Origin: Candidatus Iainarchaeum sp.
GTDB lineage: Archaea; Iainarchaeota; Iainarchaeia; Iainarchaeales; JAZDFD01
NCBI GenBank assembly: GCA_043808155.1
Contig: JAZDFD010000026.1
Location: forward strand, 39,673 to 103,672
DNA length: 64,000 bases
Direction of reading: 5' to 3'
Shown here: one piece after another, positions 1 to 10,481 of the stretch
Layout: each line of letters opens with the position of its first letter
Position numbering within the stretch: position 1 is the stretch's first letter
Position numbers and translations under genes: made by a program
Notes under the pieces: model-generated
What the model was told of the DNA's origin: nothing
Databases searched by the model: none
Seen by the model: the letters and a program-made list of their open reading frames with translations, nothing else

Positions 1-414
1 GAGAAGAGGAATTCCAAGTTTCTTACATGCTTTACTCATACCTTTTACAATTTGTTCAATCTGGTCAGGACTTATTTTTGATGAAGCAATATAATCAAGA
101 AAATAAAATGGCTCTGCACCCTGACAAAGAATGTCATTTGCACAGTGGTTTACAATATCAATTCCAACAGTATCCCACTTGTTCATCATTGCTGCAATTT
201 TTAATTTAGTGCCAACACCATCAACACTTGCAATCAAAACAGGTTCTTTAAATTTCATTAATTTTTCTGCACTGATTGCACCACCGAATGAACCAACACC
301 CAATAACACATCTTTTGTAAAAGTAGAGTTAACATGTTTCTTTATTTTTTCAACTGCAAGATTTCCTGCGTCAATATCAACACCTGCATCTTTGTAAGTT
401 GCTTGTTTTTTCAA
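1..414 (-). CDS. purM: Phosphoribosylformylglycinamidine cyclo-ligase (AIR synthetase), 5' part, truncated by the window edge
   Basis: Manual translation from TTG at 414: KKQATYKDAGVDID...SVDGVGTKLKIA...VNHCANDILCQGAEPFYFLDYIA, which are PurM motifs. Directly downstream of purF. Confidence 0.93.
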   Translation of the reverse strand, partial: MKKQATYKDAGVDIDAGNLAVEKIKKHVNSTFTKDVLLGVGSFGGAISAEKLMKFKEPVLIASVDGVGTKLKIAAMMNKWDTVGIDIVNHCANDILCQGAEPFYFLDYIASSKISPDQIEQIVKGMSKACKKLGIPLL

Positions 415-420
415 GGGGTA

Positions 421-1980
421 TCACTCATATGTTCTTTTTTCTTCTTTTTTGCCTAAGCATTCAAGTGCTTTACGGGCTAATTTCTTTCCGCATTCAGTTG
501 GATATCTTCCTGTTATGCAGGCAAGACAAAGTTCATTTTCAGGAAGCCCAATTGATTTAATTAATCCTTTGATTGTTTGATATTTCAAAGAATCCACGCC
601 AATTGCTTTTCTTATTTTTTCAATTGTTTTTTCAGGCAAATCCTCAAAACCAGTATCCTTCAAATTTTCTTTGTCTGCATAATTACATGCGATAAGTTCA
701 TTCATTGTTGACATATCAACTCCGTAAAAACATGGGCTCTTTATTGGCGGGCTGGAAACTCTTACGTGAACTTCCTTTGCCTTACCGTCCTTTTTTAATC
801 TTTCAATAATTGCTTTTATTGATGTGCCTCTCACAATACTGTCATCAACAAGAATGATTTTCTTATTGCGCAAAATTGTTTTGTTAAGCATGAATTTATC
901 TCTTACAAGATCATATCTTCCTGAGCTTTCAATAAAGGTTCTTCCAACATATCTGTTTCTTATAAGCCCCTCCATTGATTTCAGACCAAGTTCCTGTGCA
1001 TAACCATCAGCAGCGGGTTTTGAAGAATCAGGTACACACACAACAATATATTCATCACTATTAACATCAAGCGGTTCATTTCTTGCGAGTTCTCTTCCTA
1101 ATTCATAACGTGCTTCATAAACTCCGCGTCCGTCAAGAATAGATGCTGCACTGGAAAAGTAAACCCATTCAAACATACAATGTGCTGTTTTTTTATTTTT
1201 TGCATATCTTTCAACTGACACATCTCCATTTTCAATAAGTAACATTTCACCTGGTTTCATTGCAACAATTCCATTGTCGCTATAATTTTGAAGCGCAACA
1301 CTTTCAGATGCTGCAGCAACAATCTCCGAGTTTTTAATATAACTCAAAGGCATTATCCCCATAGGATCACGCAATGCCACTATTGAACCCTCTGCATTCA
1401 TGTATGCGATATTGTAAGCACCATCAAATTTCTCAGAGAGTCCTGCGAAAACATCTTTCAGATCTTTTTTATCTGAACCTATAAATGCTTTTGAAAGATA
1501 GTGCATTATAATTTCAGTATCTAATCCTAACGAAAGATGATAATTCCCCTTTTCAAGATCTTTTTTCAGATCAGAAAAATTAGCAAGATTTCCGTTAAAT
1601 GCAAGAGAAAACCATTTCCATGGTCTCCCGTGTTTTCTTTCAAATGGCTGTGTACATTCTACTCCGTCAGAACCAGACGTTGCATATCTTGTATGCCCTA
1701 TTCCTCTGTCGCCTTCAAATTTTTTGAACAATCCTTCCATTTTTGGCTTTACCCTATAATGAAAAACTTCGTTTACAGAACCCAATTTTTTGTAAGTATT
1801 AAGCATCAGAGCGCGGTCTTTATTATAGGTTGACATACCTGCACTTAATTGCCCTCTATTCTGCATCTGAAGAAGCATTTTATAAAGAAAAAAAACAGAA
1901 CCTCCTGTCAGAGATTTATCTACGCCTTTTGGCAAATAAACTGCCGCAATCCCGCATTCGCTTTTCATTTCACTGCTCAT
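421..1980 (-). CDS. purF: Amidophosphoribosyltransferase
   Basis: N-terminal ECGI Ntn-hydrolase Cys, QNRGQ, GHTRYAT, and the PRPP motif VDDSIVRGTS. Confidence 0.97.
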   Translation of the reverse strand: MSSEMKSECGIAAVYLPKGVDKSLTGGSVFFLYKMLLQMQNRGQLSAGMSTYNKDRALMLNTYKKLGSVNEVFHYRVKPKMEGLFKKFEGDRGIGHTRYATSGSDGVECTQPFERKHGRPWKWFSLAFNGNLANFSDLKKDLEKGNYHLSLGLDTEIIMHYLSKAFIGSDKKDLKDVFAGLSEKFDGAYNIAYMNAEGSIVALRDPMGIMPLSYIKNSEIVAAASESVALQNYSDNGIVAMKPGEMLLIENGDVSVERYAKNKKTAHCMFEWVYFSSAASILDGRGVYEARYELGRELARNEPLDVNSDEYIVVCVPDSSKPAADGYAQELGLKSMEGLIRNRYVGRTFIESSGRYDLVRDKFMLNKTILRNKKIILVDDSIVRGTSIKAIIERLKKDGKAKEVHVRVSSPPIKSPCFYGVDMSTMNELIACNYADKENLKDTGFEDLPEKTIEKIRKAIGVDSLKYQTIKGLIKSIGLPENELCLACITGRYPTECGKKLARKALECLGKKEEKRTYE

Positions 1981-2116
1981 TACTCACCACTAATGAACTT
2001 ATACTTATTTTAATGCGCATTTATAATATAAAGATATGCGCCAAGCAGATGCTTAATTTCACTAATTCTAAGTTTCAAATAAAAGCATTTCCATATTTTT
2101 CTATTGTATACAGAAG

Positions 2117-2608
2117 GTGTTTGAAATCTGGAGTGTTGAAGTTTGCTATAGGCCTGATAAAAGAGATGCTTTAGGCCTGTCTGTGAAAGCAGATATTAAA
2201 GATGATTTAGGGCTTTCAGTAGAGTCTGTTTCTTTTGTGCATGTTTATACAATAAATGCAGAAATTACTGAAAACGAAGCAAAGAAAATTGCCTCTCAGT
2301 TACTTTCAGACCCTGTAATTCAGGATTATTCTGTTAATAGTCCTTTGAAAACTAATTTTGACTGGGAAATTACTGTTGAGTTAAATCCTGACGTTACTGA
2401 CAATGTGGGGCTTGCAGCAAAGCACGGGATTGAAGATTTGTTAATTGGAAAAATGCGCGAAGATGAATTTGTAAAATACTCGCGAAAATATTTATTAAAA
2501 GGAAAACTTTCAGAAGACAAAATTAAAAGAATCTGCGAAGATTTACTCGCAAATAGTGTTATTGAAAAGTATTCTTACAAAAAAGGAAATGCAAAAGTGA
2601 AAAAATAA
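2117..2608 (+). CDS. purS: FGAM synthase PurS-like subunit (tandem PurS-like domains)
   Basis: LLSDPVIQDY and LLANSVIEKY resemble the PurS C-terminal motif twice. Lies immediately before purL and purQ. Confidence 0.75.
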   Translation: MFEIWSVEVCYRPDKRDALGLSVKADIKDDLGLSVESVSFVHVYTINAEITENEAKKIASQLLSDPVIQDYSVNSPLKTNFDWEITVELNPDVTDNVGLAAKHGIEDLLIGKMREDEFVKYSRKYLLKGKLSEDKIKRICEDLLANSVIEKYSYKKGNAKVKK

Positions 2609-2637
2609 AAAAATGAAACCAAAAATGTGAAAAAAAA

Positions 2638-5022
2638 ATGAGTGCAAAAATAAAACCAATAAAAATCACAACCAAAAGTGACTCTGAGCTTAAAATAATA
2701 AGCAAAGAAATGATTCTTTCACTCACTTTGGAAGAAATGAAAATAATTCAGAATCATTTTTTAAAACTTGGACGAGAACCAACTGATGCAGAATTAGAAA
2801 CACTTGCACAGACTTGGAGTGAACACTGCAAACACAAAGTATTCAATGCAGAAATTACCTACACAGATGAAAACGGAAATACTGAAGTAATCAACAGCTT
2901 ATTTAAAACATATATTAAAGCAGCAACAGATGAAATCTCAGAAAACAAAAATTGGTTAGTGTCAGTTTTCAAAGATAATGCAGGAATAATTTCATTTGAC
3001 GATAAACACGACATTGCATTTAAAGTTGAAACGCATAATCACCCTTCGGCATTAGAACCTTACGGTGGTGCAAATACAGGAATTGGCGGAGTGATAAGAG
3101 ATGTATTGGGCTGCGGTCTAGGTGCAAAACCAATTGCAAACACAGATATTTTCTGTTTTGGTCTGTACAACACACCTGCAGAAAAAGTGCCTGAAGGAAT
3201 TCTCCACCCTAAAAGAATCATCAAGGGAGTACGTTCGGGTGTGCGTGACTATGGAAACAGAATGGGAATTCCCACTGTTAATGGTGCAATTATTTTTGAT
3301 GAACGATATTTAGGAAATCCATTAGTGTATTGCGGTACGCTTGGAATAATGCCAAAGGGAATGCATGAAAAAAGTGTAACTCCCGGCAGTTTAATTGTTG
3401 CAATCGGTGGCAGAACAGGACGTGACGGAATTCACGGTGCAACTTTCTCATCAGTTGAACTTGATGAAGCTTCAGAAGTTTCAGCTGTGCAGATTGGAAA
3501 TGCGATTGAAGAAAAAAAATTCACAGATGTTTTACTTGAAGCGCGTGACGAGAAACTTTACGAATGCATTACTGATTGCGGTGCAGGTGGCTTCTCTTCA
3601 GCAGTTGGTGAAATGGGTGAAGAAACTGGTGCAGTAGTACAGCTTGAAAATGCACCTTTGAAATACAAAGGTTTAATGCCATGGGAAATCTGGGTTTCCG
3701 AAGCACAGGAAAGAATGATTCTTTCTGTTCCCGAACCTAATAAAGATGAGCTTTTCAAACTCTGCGAAGATGAAGATGTTGAAGCAACTGTTTTAGGACA
3801 TTATGCGGATCACAAAAAATTAGTTGTCACGTTCAACAAAGAAACAGCAATTGATTTGGATATGGAATTTTTGCATAATGGTTTACCTTCAAAAAAAATG
3901 ACTGCAAAATTCACACCTGTAAAACACAAAGAACCTGTTCTCAAAAAACCAAAAGACCTGGGCAACACATTGAAAGAAATTCTTGCAATGCCAAATATTG
4001 CTTCAAAAGAAACAACAATTCGCCAGTATGATCACGAAGTGCAGGCAAGTTCAGTTCTGAAACCATTAGTTGGTGTGAAAAATGATTCCCCAGGTGATGC
4101 TGCAATAATAAAACCATTATTTGATTCCTACAGAGGAATTATTCTTTCAAATGGAATTAATTCAAAGTTTTCAGATATTGACACTTACTGGATGGCGGCA
4201 TCAGTAATTGATGAAGCAATAAGAAACATAATTGCAGTCGGAGGAAGTTTAGAACAAATTGCAATCCTTGATAATTTCTGCTGGGGCAACCCTAATAATG
4301 AACAAAAATTAGCTGAATTAGTGAGAACTGCAAAAGCCTGTTATGATGTTGCGATAGTTTATGAAACTCCTTTTATTTCAGGTAAAGATTCATTCTATAA
4401 TGAATTCATTCTAGGAAATAAAACAATTTCAATTCCTTCAACATTACTAATAAGTGCTGTTTCAGTAATGAAAGATGTGAGAAAAAGAATCACAATGGAT
4501 TTGAAAACAGAAGGGAATTTAATTTATGTTTTAGGTGAAACTTCTGAAGAACTCGGAGCGTCACATTACTTTGCTCTAAATAAGACAATTGGAAAATCCG
4601 TTCCAAAATTAAATGCTGAAAAAGCAAAGAAATTATACAATGCAATTTCAAAAGCATCTGATTCTGAATTAATTGAATCAATGCATGATTGTTCTGAAGG
4701 TGGGCTTGCAGTTGCATTAGCAGAAATGGCATTTGCATCTGATTTGGGATGTGAAGTTAAAATAAATAAAATTCCCATCAACGGAACAATTGACAGAGAA
4801 GATTATATTTTATTTTCAGAATCAAATTCACGTTTTATTGCGGAAGTTAAGCAGGAAAACGAAAAAGAATTTGAAAAATTACTTTCAGGGAATGTATTTG
4901 CTAAAATCGGGCGTGTAACAAACTCCAAAAAAATGATTGTAAAAGGATTTGACGGAAAAGATATTCTTAATGAAGAACTTAAATGGCTGAAAAAAGCATG
5001 GAAGGAAACTCTAAATTGGTGA
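2638..5022 (+). CDS. purL: Phosphoribosylformylglycinamidine synthase subunit PurL
   Basis: QTWSEHCKHK, KVETHNHPSALEPYGGANTG, DCGAGG, SEAQERM. Confidence 0.97.
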   Translation: MSAKIKPIKITTKSDSELKIISKEMILSLTLEEMKIIQNHFLKLGREPTDAELETLAQTWSEHCKHKVFNAEITYTDENGNTEVINSLFKTYIKAATDEISENKNWLVSVFKDNAGIISFDDKHDIAFKVETHNHPSALEPYGGANTGIGGVIRDVLGCGLGAKPIANTDIFCFGLYNTPAEKVPEGILHPKRIIKGVRSGVRDYGNRMGIPTVNGAIIFDERYLGNPLVYCGTLGIMPKGMHEKSVTPGSLIVAIGGRTGRDGIHGATFSSVELDEASEVSAVQIGNAIEEKKFTDVLLEARDEKLYECITDCGAGGFSSAVGEMGEETGAVVQLENAPLKYKGLMPWEIWVSEAQERMILSVPEPNKDELFKLCEDEDVEATVLGHYADHKKLVVTFNKETAIDLDMEFLHNGLPSKKMTAKFTPVKHKEPVLKKPKDLGNTLKEILAMPNIASKETTIRQYDHEVQASSVLKPLVGVKNDSPGDAAIIKPLFDSYRGIILSNGINSKFSDIDTYWMAASVIDEAIRNIIAVGGSLEQIAILDNFCWGNPNNEQKLAELVRTAKACYDVAIVYETPFISGKDSFYNEFILGNKTISIPSTLLISAVSVMKDVRKRITMDLKTEGNLIYVLGETSEELGASHYFALNKTIGKSVPKLNAEKAKKLYNAISKASDSELIESMHDCSEGGLAVALAEMAFASDLGCEVKINKIPINGTIDREDYILFSESNSRFIAEVKQENEKEFEKLLSGNVFAKIGRVTNSKKMIVKGFDGKDILNEELKWLKKAWKETLNW

Positions 5023-5040
5023 AAACTGAGGCTGAAAATT

Positions 5041-5802
5041 ATGAAACCAAAAGCAATTGTTTTGAGAACTGCAGGAACAAACTGCGATCATGAATCAAAA
5101 TCAGCACTTGAATTAGCTGGTTTTGAAGCAGAGCGTGTTCACATAAACAAACTAATACGCAAGGAAATTTCACTTGAGAATTATCACTTAGCAATGATTC
5201 CCGGCGGTTTTGCTGACGGAGATTATTTAGGTTCTGCAAAAATACTTGCAAATAAAATCAGATTTCGCTTAGAAAATGAATTTCCTGATTTTGTAAAAGA
5301 TGGAAAATTAATTCTTGGGGTCTGCAATGGTTTTCAAGCATTAGTAAAATCAGGCATGCTTCCTGCACTTAATAATGAATACACAAAACAAACTGCCACA
5401 ATTACATTTAATGATTCCGGACACTTTCAATGTGAATGGGTCAATTTGAAAAATGTAAACAAAGGAAAATGCATTTTCACTAAAGGAATTTCTGAATTAT
5501 ATGTTCCAATTGCGCATGGGGAAGGAAAGTTTGACCCAGGTGCAGACGAATTTTTGAAAAAAATGTATGATGACGATCAGATAGTTTTCAAATACGCTAA
5601 CAACCCAAATGGTTCAATTGATGACATTGCAGGGCTTTGCGATCCAACAGGGCGAGTATTTGGATTAATGCCCCACCCCGAAAGAAATATTTCATATTTA
5701 AATGACCCCCGCTACTTTCGAAAAAAACCCGAAAAAGAAGAAGGTGCGGGAATGCAGATTTTTAGAAATGCATTTGAGTATGTGCAAGAAAATCTTATTT
5801 AA
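5041..5802 (+). CDS. purQ: FGAM synthase glutaminase subunit PurQ
   Basis: PGGFADGDYL, GVCNGFQ, AHGEG, MPHPER. Confidence 0.97.
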   Translation: MKPKAIVLRTAGTNCDHESKSALELAGFEAERVHINKLIRKEISLENYHLAMIPGGFADGDYLGSAKILANKIRFRLENEFPDFVKDGKLILGVCNGFQALVKSGMLPALNNEYTKQTATITFNDSGHFQCEWVNLKNVNKGKCIFTKGISELYVPIAHGEGKFDPGADEFLKKMYDDDQIVFKYANNPNGSIDDIAGLCDPTGRVFGLMPHPERNISYLNDPRYFRKKPEKEEGAGMQIFRNAFEYVQENLI

Positions 5803-6625
5803 GCGCAGCGCCAATCGCAGTACAATACTCTGCATTCTTTGGGAAAATAGGTTTTAGATTAAAGATTTTTAATGCAACAGAAATTCGTTTTCTCACTAAT
5901 TTGTTGTTTGCAACTCTGCCTGTGAAGATTATTGTTTTTGTGTTTTCGGATTTTGCTGCAAGGTATGTCATTACTCCGATTGATTCCGCAACTGAATTTA
6001 TTAATGAAAATGCGAAATCGTTTTTTGAAAATTTTGTGCCCTTAATTTTTCCAAAGTTTGAAGCAGTTGCATCTTTTGGAATTATTCCTACATGTCCTTT
6101 AACAATATCCCCAACAGTCAAATCCAGTGAATTTTTTCCTTTCATTGCAAGTTTTTCAGTTTCTGAAACGTGACATTTCAAAACCAATTTTGAAATACCC
6201 TCAATCGTGCCCCCGCCAAGTCCTGTACCGCCAAGATGCACAGCTTTTTTACCATGAATTCTGATGAATGGCGTACCAGTTCCGATATTTGCAACAATAA
6301 AATTGTTTTTACCTGAAATAAATTTTGCACCTTCTGCAATTGAAGTAATTTCATTTCTGTGCTGTGCTTTAATTCCGAGAATTGTTTTTGGTTTAAAGGA
6401 ACTGCCAGTGATTTTAATTTCAGAAATTTTAGAAACATAAATTTTATTTTTTGAAAGGTTTTTTTTCAGAAAAGTTTCAAATTTTTTAATATTAATTTTA
6501 TTTTTTTGCTTAAGCTTTTCAGATTCAATGGAAAACTTATACATAATCTTTTTATTCTTCACTTTTTCCCCATTAAAAATCACAACATCTGTAAAAGATG
6601 CACCCGCATCAATTCCCAGAATCAT
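5795..6625 (-). CDS. Type II pantothenate kinase (CoaW/Fumble-like, ASKHA fold)
   Basis: GIDAGAS, NIGTGT, GGTGLGGGT, DLTVGDI and ASNFGK motifs typical of type II PanK. Confidence 0.8.
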   Translation of the reverse strand: MILGIDAGASFTDVVIFNGEKVKNKKIMYKFSIESEKLKQKNKINIKKFETFLKKNLSKNKIYVSKISEIKITGSSFKPKTILGIKAQHRNEITSIAEGAKFISGKNNFIVANIGTGTPFIRIHGKKAVHLGGTGLGGGTIEGISKLVLKCHVSETEKLAMKGKNSLDLTVGDIVKGHVGIIPKDATASNFGKIKGTKFSKNDFAFSLINSVAESIGVMTYLAAKSENTKTIIFTGRVANNKLVRKRISVALKIFNLKPIFPKNAEYCTAIGAALK

Positions 6626-8223
6626 AGAAATCCCATTGCAAGTCCCAGAAGTGCAATAACAACACCAGTGAAACCTTCACCTGCAATTAAACCTGCGGCA
6701 ATAAGTCTTCCTTTCTCTACGAAATTTGCTTTATCTGCCCAAAGCCTAATTAGTCCACCAACAAACAACGGGAATGAAAGTTCAATTGGAACATACAACC
6801 CAATACCAAATGCAACTGTTGCAATTGGAGACAAATTCAGAAACATTAAAATAACTGCAATTAATGCACCAATTAAAATTCCTGCGAGAAGAATTTCCGA
6901 AAGTCCGGGTGCTTTAACAATTTCCGCAAGTGCTACTGCCTGAGGCGCTGGCAAATCTACACCGCCAAAACCATATGCCTGCTGTAATGAAATCATCACA
7001 AATCCAATTACTAATGCACCTGTCACAACCCCCACAATCTGTGCAATTGTCTGATTTTCAGGTTTAGTTCCGAGAATATATCCTGTTTTCAAATCCTGCA
7101 TCATGTCCCCAGCAACACCTGCAGCAATACAAACAACAGCTGCCAGGAAAACAAAGAAAATTGCATTAAATCCAAACAGAAGTTTTGCAACTATCAAAAC
7201 AATCATTGCGAAAATTTCCATTGGGTCAACATTCATTTCACCAGTGACTCGTGCACCAATATATGCCATTATGAATGCACCAACAATTGCAAGAATTGAA
7301 AGGTCAATTCGCATTTCAGTTATTATTGTAAAACTTGCAACTAAAACAATCAGAAGAATTCCTGTCCATTTATTATATTTTGAAAATGAATCTTTCCATG
7401 TACTGAAAAGATTCTTCAATTTAGGCAGTCCTCTCAGTAAAAAGTATGCAAGGCTTGCACCAATCACGACACCAATTCCCAAAGGTTTAGTAAATTGTGC
7501 TGCAGCAACAAATTTTGTTGCAAAAAATCCTGCTGAAACAAGATAAGGTATAATCAAAAAATATGAAAGCAGTGCACCCAAAAACCAGACACCTGTAAAA
7601 AGCGGACCAATAAGGAAACCGCCTGACAATGCAATTAATGAAATACTCATACCCCATGAATAAAGATTTGCTAAATCTAATTTTAGTGTTTCAAGATTGA
7701 AATAACTGGGAAACAATTTGAAATAATCTCTTGCTGCAGAAAATAATACACCAACACCAAACATTGAAAGCATCAGTTTTGCTTTTTTCCCGCCTGCGTC
7801 CCCTGCTTCAATTATTGCTGCAGCTGCGGCACCATCTGCGTAAGGAAGTTTTTCATTTTCAATCATTTCTTTTCTTAACGGAATACTGAAAATAATTCCT
7901 GTTACTCCTCCAATTAATGCAATTAAAGTAATATCAATAACTGAAACCTCAAAACCAAGAAGCCAGATTGCAGGAACAGTAAAAATAATTCCTGCAGCTA
8001 AAAGACCGCCTGCACTTGCCGCGGTTTGTGCAATATTAATTTCATTTTTATTGCTGTTTTTTAATAATGTAAAAATTCCTAATGCCATCACAGAAACAGT
8101 TGTTATTGGCCAGTATACTCCGCCAATTTTAAGTCCTGCAAAAGCAGAGTACATCGCAACTATAACAGAAAGAATAGCACCAATTAAAAGCGCTCTCAGT
8201 GAAAGCTCACCCATATTAATCAA
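6622..8223 (-). CDS. OPT-family oligopeptide transporter
   Basis: Multi-TM protein with EINIAQTAASAG, LPYADG, GDMMQDLKTG and PAPQA OPT motifs. Confidence 0.88.
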   Translation of the reverse strand: MINMGELSLRALLIGAILSVIVAMYSAFAGLKIGGVYWPITTVSVMALGIFTLLKNSNKNEINIAQTAASAGGLLAAGIIFTVPAIWLLGFEVSVIDITLIALIGGVTGIIFSIPLRKEMIENEKLPYADGAAAAAIIEAGDAGGKKAKLMLSMFGVGVLFSAARDYFKLFPSYFNLETLKLDLANLYSWGMSISLIALSGGFLIGPLFTGVWFLGALLSYFLIIPYLVSAGFFATKFVAAAQFTKPLGIGVVIGASLAYFLLRGLPKLKNLFSTWKDSFSKYNKWTGILLIVLVASFTIITEMRIDLSILAIVGAFIMAYIGARVTGEMNVDPMEIFAMIVLIVAKLLFGFNAIFFVFLAAVVCIAAGVAGDMMQDLKTGYILGTKPENQTIAQIVGVVTGALVIGFVMISLQQAYGFGGVDLPAPQAVALAEIVKAPGLSEILLAGILIGALIAVILMFLNLSPIATVAFGIGLYVPIELSFPLFVGGLIRLWADKANFVEKGRLIAAGLIAGEGFTGVVIALLGLAMGFL

Positions 8224-8271
8224 TAAACAATTAGGGCATGATGTTTAAAAAGCTTAGTATATGTCCCATCG

Positions 8272-8475
8272 TTATTCGTCATGATCTTCATCAAATTCAT
8301 CATCATTTTCAAAATAAAGGTCTTTTGATGATTTTAATTTAGGTTTGTCACCGACGTAAACTACATTTAATTCAAGGTTACATTCAGGGCAGTTCATAAC
8401 GTCCCCCTCATCATATTCGTTATAATCGACTTCAAATCGTTCTCTACAATCTGGGCATCTGACTTTTCTAATCAA
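8272..8475 (-). CDS. Small zinc-ribbon protein with acidic tail, LysW-like
   Basis: CPDC...CPEC pairs and an acidic C-terminus ending DEFDEDHDE. Confidence 0.6.
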   Translation of the reverse strand: MIRKVRCPDCRERFEVDYNEYDEGDVMNCPECNLELNVVYVGDKPKLKSSKDLYFENDDEFDEDHDE

Positions 8476-8538
8476 AATATCTCCACCCCTGTGTGAGTTT
8501 ATTATGAAATAATTTTGAAACCTTAATCTTTATAAACA

Positions 8539-9165
8539 TTAAGGTAAGGGCACTAAACCCACTAAAAACAGCAAAATCAGGGTCATTACAAAACTTAGAA
8601 GTATTGGTTTTTTAGTCAGCACTTTGATTAGTTTGTAAGCATAGTAAAAATACCAGAGAATAACTGCAAATCCAACTAGGAAAATCATTATGAACCCAGT
8701 TACCATTGCGTCACTTATTTCCAGATTTGTTAATGTAGTGCTTCCCATCACTTGTTCGTAAGATGCACCATACTGATCAAGTACTTTCAAACTAGTTACT
8801 GTGTCTGCAGGAACCAGCATAATCAACGCAAATCCCAGAATTGAAAGAAGTGCTATAAAAACCCACAATACTGAAACTGCAGTCATCACTCCCCCGAGTT
8901 TGCCTTTCAGTTCTCTGCCCCTGAAAAGATAGCCAGTAAGATAAAAAAGAAGTGTTGTAATAACTAAAAGCACATAACCCTTAAGCACTGCATAACCTAA
9001 TGCAAGAAAATCAATCATAAATCCATAATAAAAATTAAATAAAATCCACATCAAACTCGGAACTAAAACCAGGAACAAAGCCATTCCCATATTTGGCCTG
9101 TCAATATTGTCTTGGATTACATCACTTGGTTTGAAGATATTCAGATTCATGCAATATATTAGCAA
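8539..9165 (-). CDS. Multi-pass membrane protein (Yip1-like)
   Basis: About 5 hydrophobic segments and a Yip1-like N-terminal FKP motif. Family call is tentative. Confidence 0.55.
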   Translation of the reverse strand: MLIYCMNLNIFKPSDVIQDNIDRPNMGMALFLVLVPSLMWILFNFYYGFMIDFLALGYAVLKGYVLLVITTLLFYLTGYLFRGRELKGKLGGVMTAVSVLWVFIALLSILGFALIMLVPADTVTSLKVLDQYGASYEQVMGSTTLTNLEISDAMVTGFIMIFLVGFAVILWYFYYAYKLIKVLTKKPILLSFVMTLILLFLVGLVPLP

Positions 9166-9240
9166 TTAGTGATATAAAAAGCTAATGGATTGTCATTTTC
9201 AAATGTTTAATGTTAGATATATCGTTTAGAGTCACAATTA

Positions 9241-10425
9241 TCAAAAGTGACCCATTTTTTGTATTTTGGTTTCAAGATAATTACAATTATGTTCATTACA
9301 TTTGATTTTCAATGGGATTCTTTTAGTGATTTTCAATCCATGGCCTTCCAGACCCACTATTTTTTGCGGGTTGTTTGTTAAAAGTCTTATTGTGCTTAAT
9401 CCCAGTTTTGAAAGTATTTGCGCACCTGTTCCGTATTCTCTTAAATCATCTTCAAAACCAAGTTCGTTGTTTGCTTCAACAGTATCTTTGCCTTCTTCCT
9501 GAAGTTTGTATGTTTTAAGTTTGTTCATTAATCCAATACCGCGTCCTTCGTGTTGCTGAATATAAAGGAGAACTCCCTGCCCTTCTTTTTCAATCATTTC
9601 CATTGCTTCTTTCAGTTGCGAACCGCAGTCACATCTTTTTGAATGAAACACATCTCCTGTTAAACATCCTGAATGAACCCGCACTAAAACATTTTCTTTC
9701 CCTTTTACATTTCCTTTCACTAATGCAACATATTCTTTTTTTGAATTATCAGTAAAACCAATTGCTTTGAAAGTTCCGTGTTCTGTCGGGAGATTCACGC
9801 ACACAATTTCTTTTACTGAACTTTCGGTTTTGCTGCGATATTGAATCAAATCTTTTATTGTGAGAATTTTTATTTTGTGTTCATCTGCAAATTTCTTCAA
9901 ATCCGGAAGCCTTGCCATTGTTCCGTCTTTGTTCATTATTTCTGCAATTACCCCCACTTGTTTCATTTCTGCAATTTTCAGCAAATCAACTGTTGATTCA
10001 GTATGTCCTGCACGCTCCAGAACTCCATTTTCCTTTGCAAGCAGGGGAAACAAATGCCCTGGTTTTACTAAATCATTTTCATTTGTTTTTTCAGAAATAA
10101 GAATTTTGATTGTTTCAATTCTGTCTTTTGCAGAAACTCCTGTTGTGATTCCTTTTCCTGCGTCAACAGAAACAGTAAAACCCGTCTGAAATTTATCTTT
10201 GGGTTGTGTCATCAAATTCAGATTAAATTGTTCTGCAATTTTTTTGCTTATTGGAAGGCACATTAAACCATGCGCATTCTGAATCATAAAATTAATTTTT
10301 TCGGGAGTTGCTTTTTCCCCCGCAATTACAAGGTCACCTTCGTTTTCTCTTTCTTCATCATCCACTATAATGAGAAAATTTCCCTTTTGCAATTCTTCAA
10401 TTGCCTCTTCTACTTTAATAAACAT
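9241..10425 (-). CDS. ribBA: Bifunctional 3,4-dihydroxy-2-butanone-4-phosphate synthase / GTP cyclohydrolase II
   Basis: DDEERENEGD, RAGHTE, RVHSGCLTGDVFHSKRCDCG, EGRGIGL, LLTNNP. Confidence 0.96.
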   Translation of the reverse strand: MFIKVEEAIEELQKGNFLIIVDDEERENEGDLVIAGEKATPEKINFMIQNAHGLMCLPISKKIAEQFNLNLMTQPKDKFQTGFTVSVDAGKGITTGVSAKDRIETIKILISEKTNENDLVKPGHLFPLLAKENGVLERAGHTESTVDLLKIAEMKQVGVIAEIMNKDGTMARLPDLKKFADEHKIKILTIKDLIQYRSKTESSVKEIVCVNLPTEHGTFKAIGFTDNSKKEYVALVKGNVKGKENVLVRVHSGCLTGDVFHSKRCDCGSQLKEAMEMIEKEGQGVLLYIQQHEGRGIGLMNKLKTYKLQEEGKDTVEANNELGFEDDLREYGTGAQILSKLGLSTIRLLTNNPQKIVGLEGHGLKITKRIPLKIKCNEHNCNYLETKIQKMGHF

Positions 10426-10481
10426 AAATGAATTAGCATCTGTGAATACTTAAAAAGTTTATGCGTAACAAAAATGAGTAA

